NCBI RefSeq assembly: GCF_009914755.1
Contig: NC_060928.1
Length of the DNA stretch: 64,000 nt
Reading direction: 5' to 3' (one strand)
Source of the DNA: the human T2T-CHM13v2.0 reference genome, Homo sapiens
The notes under the pieces were generated by a model, which saw nothing but the letters and a program-made list of their open reading frames with translations, made no database searches and was not told where the DNA came from. This document shows positions 60,101-64,000 of the stretch, one piece after another (the stretch's first letter is position 1; every line of letters begins with the position of its first letter). A program made the translations under genes and the position numbers.

Positions 60101-63100
60101 AGTTTGAGTACTTTGATATTTTATGTACACTTTATCATAAAAGTTTGGGTACTTTCATATTTTACGTACAGTATATAATACATACTTTGGGCACTTTGAT
60201 GTTTTATGTACAGTATATAATACATACTTTGGGTTCTTTGATATGTTATGTACAGCATATAGTACATAATTTGGGGACTTTTATATTTTATGTACATTAT
60301 ATAATACATATTTTGGGTACTTTTATATTTTATGTACGGTATATAATACATACTTTGGGTACTTTGATATATTATGTACAGTATATAATACATACTTTGG
60401 GTACTTTGATATATTATGTACAGTATATAATACATACTTAGGGTACTTTGACATTTTATGTACAGTACATAATACATACTTTGGGTACTTTGATATTTTA
60501 TGTACAGTATATAATACATACTTTGGGTACTTTGATATTTTATGTACTGTATATAATTCATGTTTTGGGTACTTTTACATTTTATGTACAGTATATAATA
60601 TATAGTTTGGGTACTTTGATATTTTATGTACGGTATATAATACATACTTTGGGTACTTTGATATTTATGTACAGTATATAATACATACTTTGGGTACTTT
60701 GAAAATTTATGTACAGTATATAATACATACTTTGGGTACTTTGATATTTAATGTACAGTATATAATACACACTTTGCATACTTTGATATTTTATGTAAAG
60801 TATGTAATACATACTTTGGGTACATTGATATTTTATGTACAGTATGTAATACACGCTTTGGGTACTTTGATATTTTATGTAGAGTATGTAAAACATACTT
60901 TGGGTAGTTTGTTATTTTATGATCAGTATATAATACATATTTTGGGTACTTTGATATTTTATGTACAGTATATAATACATACTTTGGGTACTTTGATATT
61001 TTATGTACAGTATATAATGTATAATTTGGGTACTTCAATAGTTTATGCACAGTATATAATACATACTTTGGGTAATTTGATATTTTATGTACAGTATATA
61101 ATGCATACTTTGGGTACTTTGATAGTTTATGTACAGTATACAATACATACTTTGGGTACTTTGATATTTTATGTACAGTATATAATATGTAGTTTGGGTA
61201 CTTTGATATTTTAACTACAGTATATAATACATACTTTGGGTACTTTGATATTTTATCTACAGTATATAATAGACACTTTGGGTACTTTGATATATTATGT
61301 ACAGTATATAATACATAGTTTGGTTACTTTGATATTTTTTGTACAGTATGTAAAACATACTTTGGGGAGTTTGATATTTTATGAACAGTATATAATACAC
61401 ATTTTGGGTACTTTGATATTTTATGTACGGTATATAATACATACTTTAGGTACTTTGATATTTTATGTACAGTATATAATTCATACTTTGGGTACTTTGA
61501 TATTTTATGTACAGTATATAATACATACATTGGGTACTTCGATATTTTATGTGCAGTACCCTATATATAGTTTGGGTACTTTGATATTTTATGTCCAGTA
61601 TAAAATAAATAGTTTTGGTACTTTGATATTTTATGTACAGTATATAGTTTGAGTACTTTGATATTTAATGTTCAGTTTATTATAAATGTTTCGGTGCTTT
61701 CATATTTTATATACAGTATATAATACATACTTTGGGCACTTTGATATTTTCTGTACAGTATATAATACATACTTTGGGTACTTTGATATTTTATGTACGG
61801 TATATAATACATACATTGGGTACTTTGATATTTTATGTAAAGTATATAATATATAGTTTGGTTACTTTGATATTTTATATACAGTATATAATATATATTA
61901 TGTGTACTTTGATATATTATGTACAGTATATAATATATAGTATGGGTTGTTTGATATTTTATGTACAGTATATAACATATAGTTTGGGTAGTTTGATATT
62001 TTTAGTACAGTATGTAATATATAGTTTGTTTTATTTGATATTTTATGTACAGTATACAATATATAGTATTGGTACTTTGATATTTCATGTAAAGTATATA
62101 GTTTGAGTACTTTGATATTTTATATGCAGTTTATTATAAATGTTTGGGTACCTTCATATTTTATGTACAGTATATAATACATACTTTGGGAACTTTTATT
62201 TTATGTGCAGTATATAATACATACTTTGGGTACTTTGATATTTCATGTACAGTATATAATACACACTTTGGGTACTTTGATATTTTATGTACAGTATATA
62301 ATACACACTTTCGGTAGTTTGATATTTTATGTACAGTATATAATACATACTTTGGGTACTTTGATGTATTATGTACAGTATATAATACATACTTTGGGTA
62401 CTTTGATATTTTATGTACAGTATATAATACATACTTTGGGTACTTTGATATTTTATGTACAGTATGTAATACATAATTTGGGTACTTTAATATTTTATGT
62501 ATAGTATATAATACTTACTTTGGGTACTTTGATATTTTATGGACAGTGTATAATACATACTTTGGGTTCTTTGATATTTTATGTACAGTATATAACATAT
62601 AGTTTGGGTACTTTGATATTTTATATACAGTATATAATACATACTTTGGGTACTTTGATATTTTATGTACAGTATATAATACATACTTTGGGTACTTTGA
62701 TATTTCATGCACAGTATACAATATATAGTTTGAGTACTTTGATATTTTATGTACTGTATACAATATATAGTTTTCGTACTTTGATATTTTATGTACAGTA
62801 TATAGTTTGAGTACTTTGATATTTTATGTACAGTTTGTTATAAATGTTTGGGTGCTTTCATATTTTATGTACAGTATATAATACATACTTTGGGCACTTT
62901 GGTATCTTATGTAGAGTATATAATACATACTTTGGGTTCTCTGATATTTTCTGTACAGTGTATAATACATAATTTGGGTACTTTGATATTTTATGTACAG
63001 CATATAATACATACGTTGGGTACTTTGATATATTATGTACAGTATATAATACATACTTTGGGTACTTTGATATTTTATGTACAGTATATAATCCATAGTT

Positions 63101-64000
63101 TGTGTACTTTTATATTTTATGTACAGTATATAATACATAATTTGGGTACTTTGATATTTTATGTACAGTATATAATACATACTTTGGGTACTTTCATGTT
63201 TTATGTACAGTATATAATACATAGTTTGGGTACTTTGATATTTTATCTACAGCTTATAATACTTACTTTGGGTAATTTGATATTTTATGTACAGTATATA
63301 ATACATACTTTGGGTAGTTTGATATTTTATGTACAGTATACAATATATAGTTTGAGAACTTTGATATTTTATGTGCAGTATAAAATATATAGTGTTGGTA
63401 CTTTGATGTTTTATGTACAGTATATATTTTGAGTACTTTGATATTTTGTGTACAGTTTATTATAAATGTTTGGGTACTTTCATATTTGATGTACAGTATA
63501 TAATACATAATTTGGGCACTTTGATATTTTATGTACAGTATATAATACATACTTTGGGTACTTTTATATTTTATGTACAGTATATAATACATACTCTGGG
63601 CACTTTGATATTTAATGTACAGTATATAATACACACTTTGCGTACTTTGATATTTTATGTAACGTATGTAATACATACTTTGGGTAGTTTGATATTTTAT
63701 GTACAGTATGTAGTACACACTTTGGGTACTTTGATATTTTATGTACAGTATGTAAAACATACTTTGGGTAGTTTGATATTTTATGATCAGTATATAATAC
63801 ACATTTTGGGTACCTTGATATTTTATGTACAGTATATAATACATACTTTGGGTACTTTGATATTTTATGTACAGTATATAATGCATACTTTAGGTACTTT
63901 GATAGTTTTTGTACAGTATATAATACATACTTTGGGTACTTTGATATTTTATGTACAGTATATAATACATAGTTTGGGTACGTTGATATTTTATGTACAG

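Larger units (their letters stand above)
1..64000. repeat. Human Satellite 1A (HSat1A / SAR) tandem array, 42-bp monomer, roughly 1,500 copies, single orientation
   Basis: Seen: the 42-bp consensus CAGTATATAATACATACTTTGGGTACTTTGATATTTTATGTA repeats from the first base to the last. GT^AC cuts give ACTTTGATATTTTATGT (17 bp) and ACAGTATATAATACATACTTTGGGT (25 bp). Established knowledge: alternating 17/25-bp RsaI units define classical human satellite 1 (HSat1A). The chromosome cannot be assigned from the sequence alone. Confidence 0.95.
23029..64000. repeat. More diverged HSat1A domain: mosaic of shuffled modules without a single long period
   Basis: Same monomer and landmarks as the left domain, but the 4,777 period is lost. 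Homologous blocks recur at irregular offsets (3116, 6276, 8078, 8926, 9850/9896, 16193, 24089, 26204, 31276) read from matching ORF translations. Confidence 0.88.

Noticed and set aside
19-63886. Hundreds of ORFs with 14-aa periodicity (GTLIFYVQYIIHTL, YYILYIKYQSTQSM, YVLYTVHKISKYPK, YFGYFDILCTVYNT)
   Set aside because: A 42-bp monomer keeps frame, and the consensus is stop-free in four of six frames. The ORFs overlap on both strands, many start at TTG, and they end at indel landmarks or random stops. They resemble no protein family and show no gene structure.
1-64000. CRISPR-like alternation of a conserved 17-bp part and a more variable 25-bp part
   Set aside because: The variable parts are all point variants of one sequence, not unique spacers; no leader or cas genes are present.
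1-64000. Alpha satellite/CENP-B boxes, HSat2/3 (CATTC)n, HSat1B or telomeric repeats
   Set aside because: No 171-bp period, pentamer repeats, Alu-derived segment or TTAGGG tracts. Isolated TTAGGG hexamers (e.g. ~3041, ~3335) are single substitutions of TTTGGG.
1-64000. Transposon insertion or strand inversion within the array
   Set aside because: Reading through, every line keeps the T-rich strand on plus and I saw no non-satellite segment; an insertion of only a few bases could have been missed.

Overview
The entire 64 kb is one uninterrupted, single-orientation AT-rich satellite array with a 42-bp monomer (consensus CAGTATATAATACATACTTTGGGTACTTTGATATTTTATGTA, 10/42 G+C, no CpG). Its two GTAC (RsaI) sites give alternating 17- and 25-bp fragments, the defining signature of human Satellite 1A (HSat1A / SAR), which lies in pericentromeric and acrocentric short-arm heterochromatin. 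I see no genes, RNA genes, transposons or CRISPR arrays; all listed ORFs are 14-aa-periodic artefacts of a repeat whose length is divisible by 3. The informative signal is nested structure. (i) A recurrent 35+41-bp shortened monomer pair punctuates the array into modules of about ten recognisable types. (ii) 1-23028 is a young, near-identical 4,777-bp (115-monomer) higher-order repeat, consistent with a 3,610-bp unit plus a 1,167-bp internal tandem duplication, with a 9,554-bp super-period on top. (iii) After a sharp junction at ~23029 the array becomes a more diverged mosaic of shuffled modules with multi-kb dispersed duplications. Speculative leads: a perfect Pumilio element in each consensus monomer on the minus strand, and a perfected 21-bp palindrome variant. 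I cannot support a new protein-coding system. All comparisons were by eye plus ORF-track offsets, so block edges are approximate and variant lists may be incomplete.
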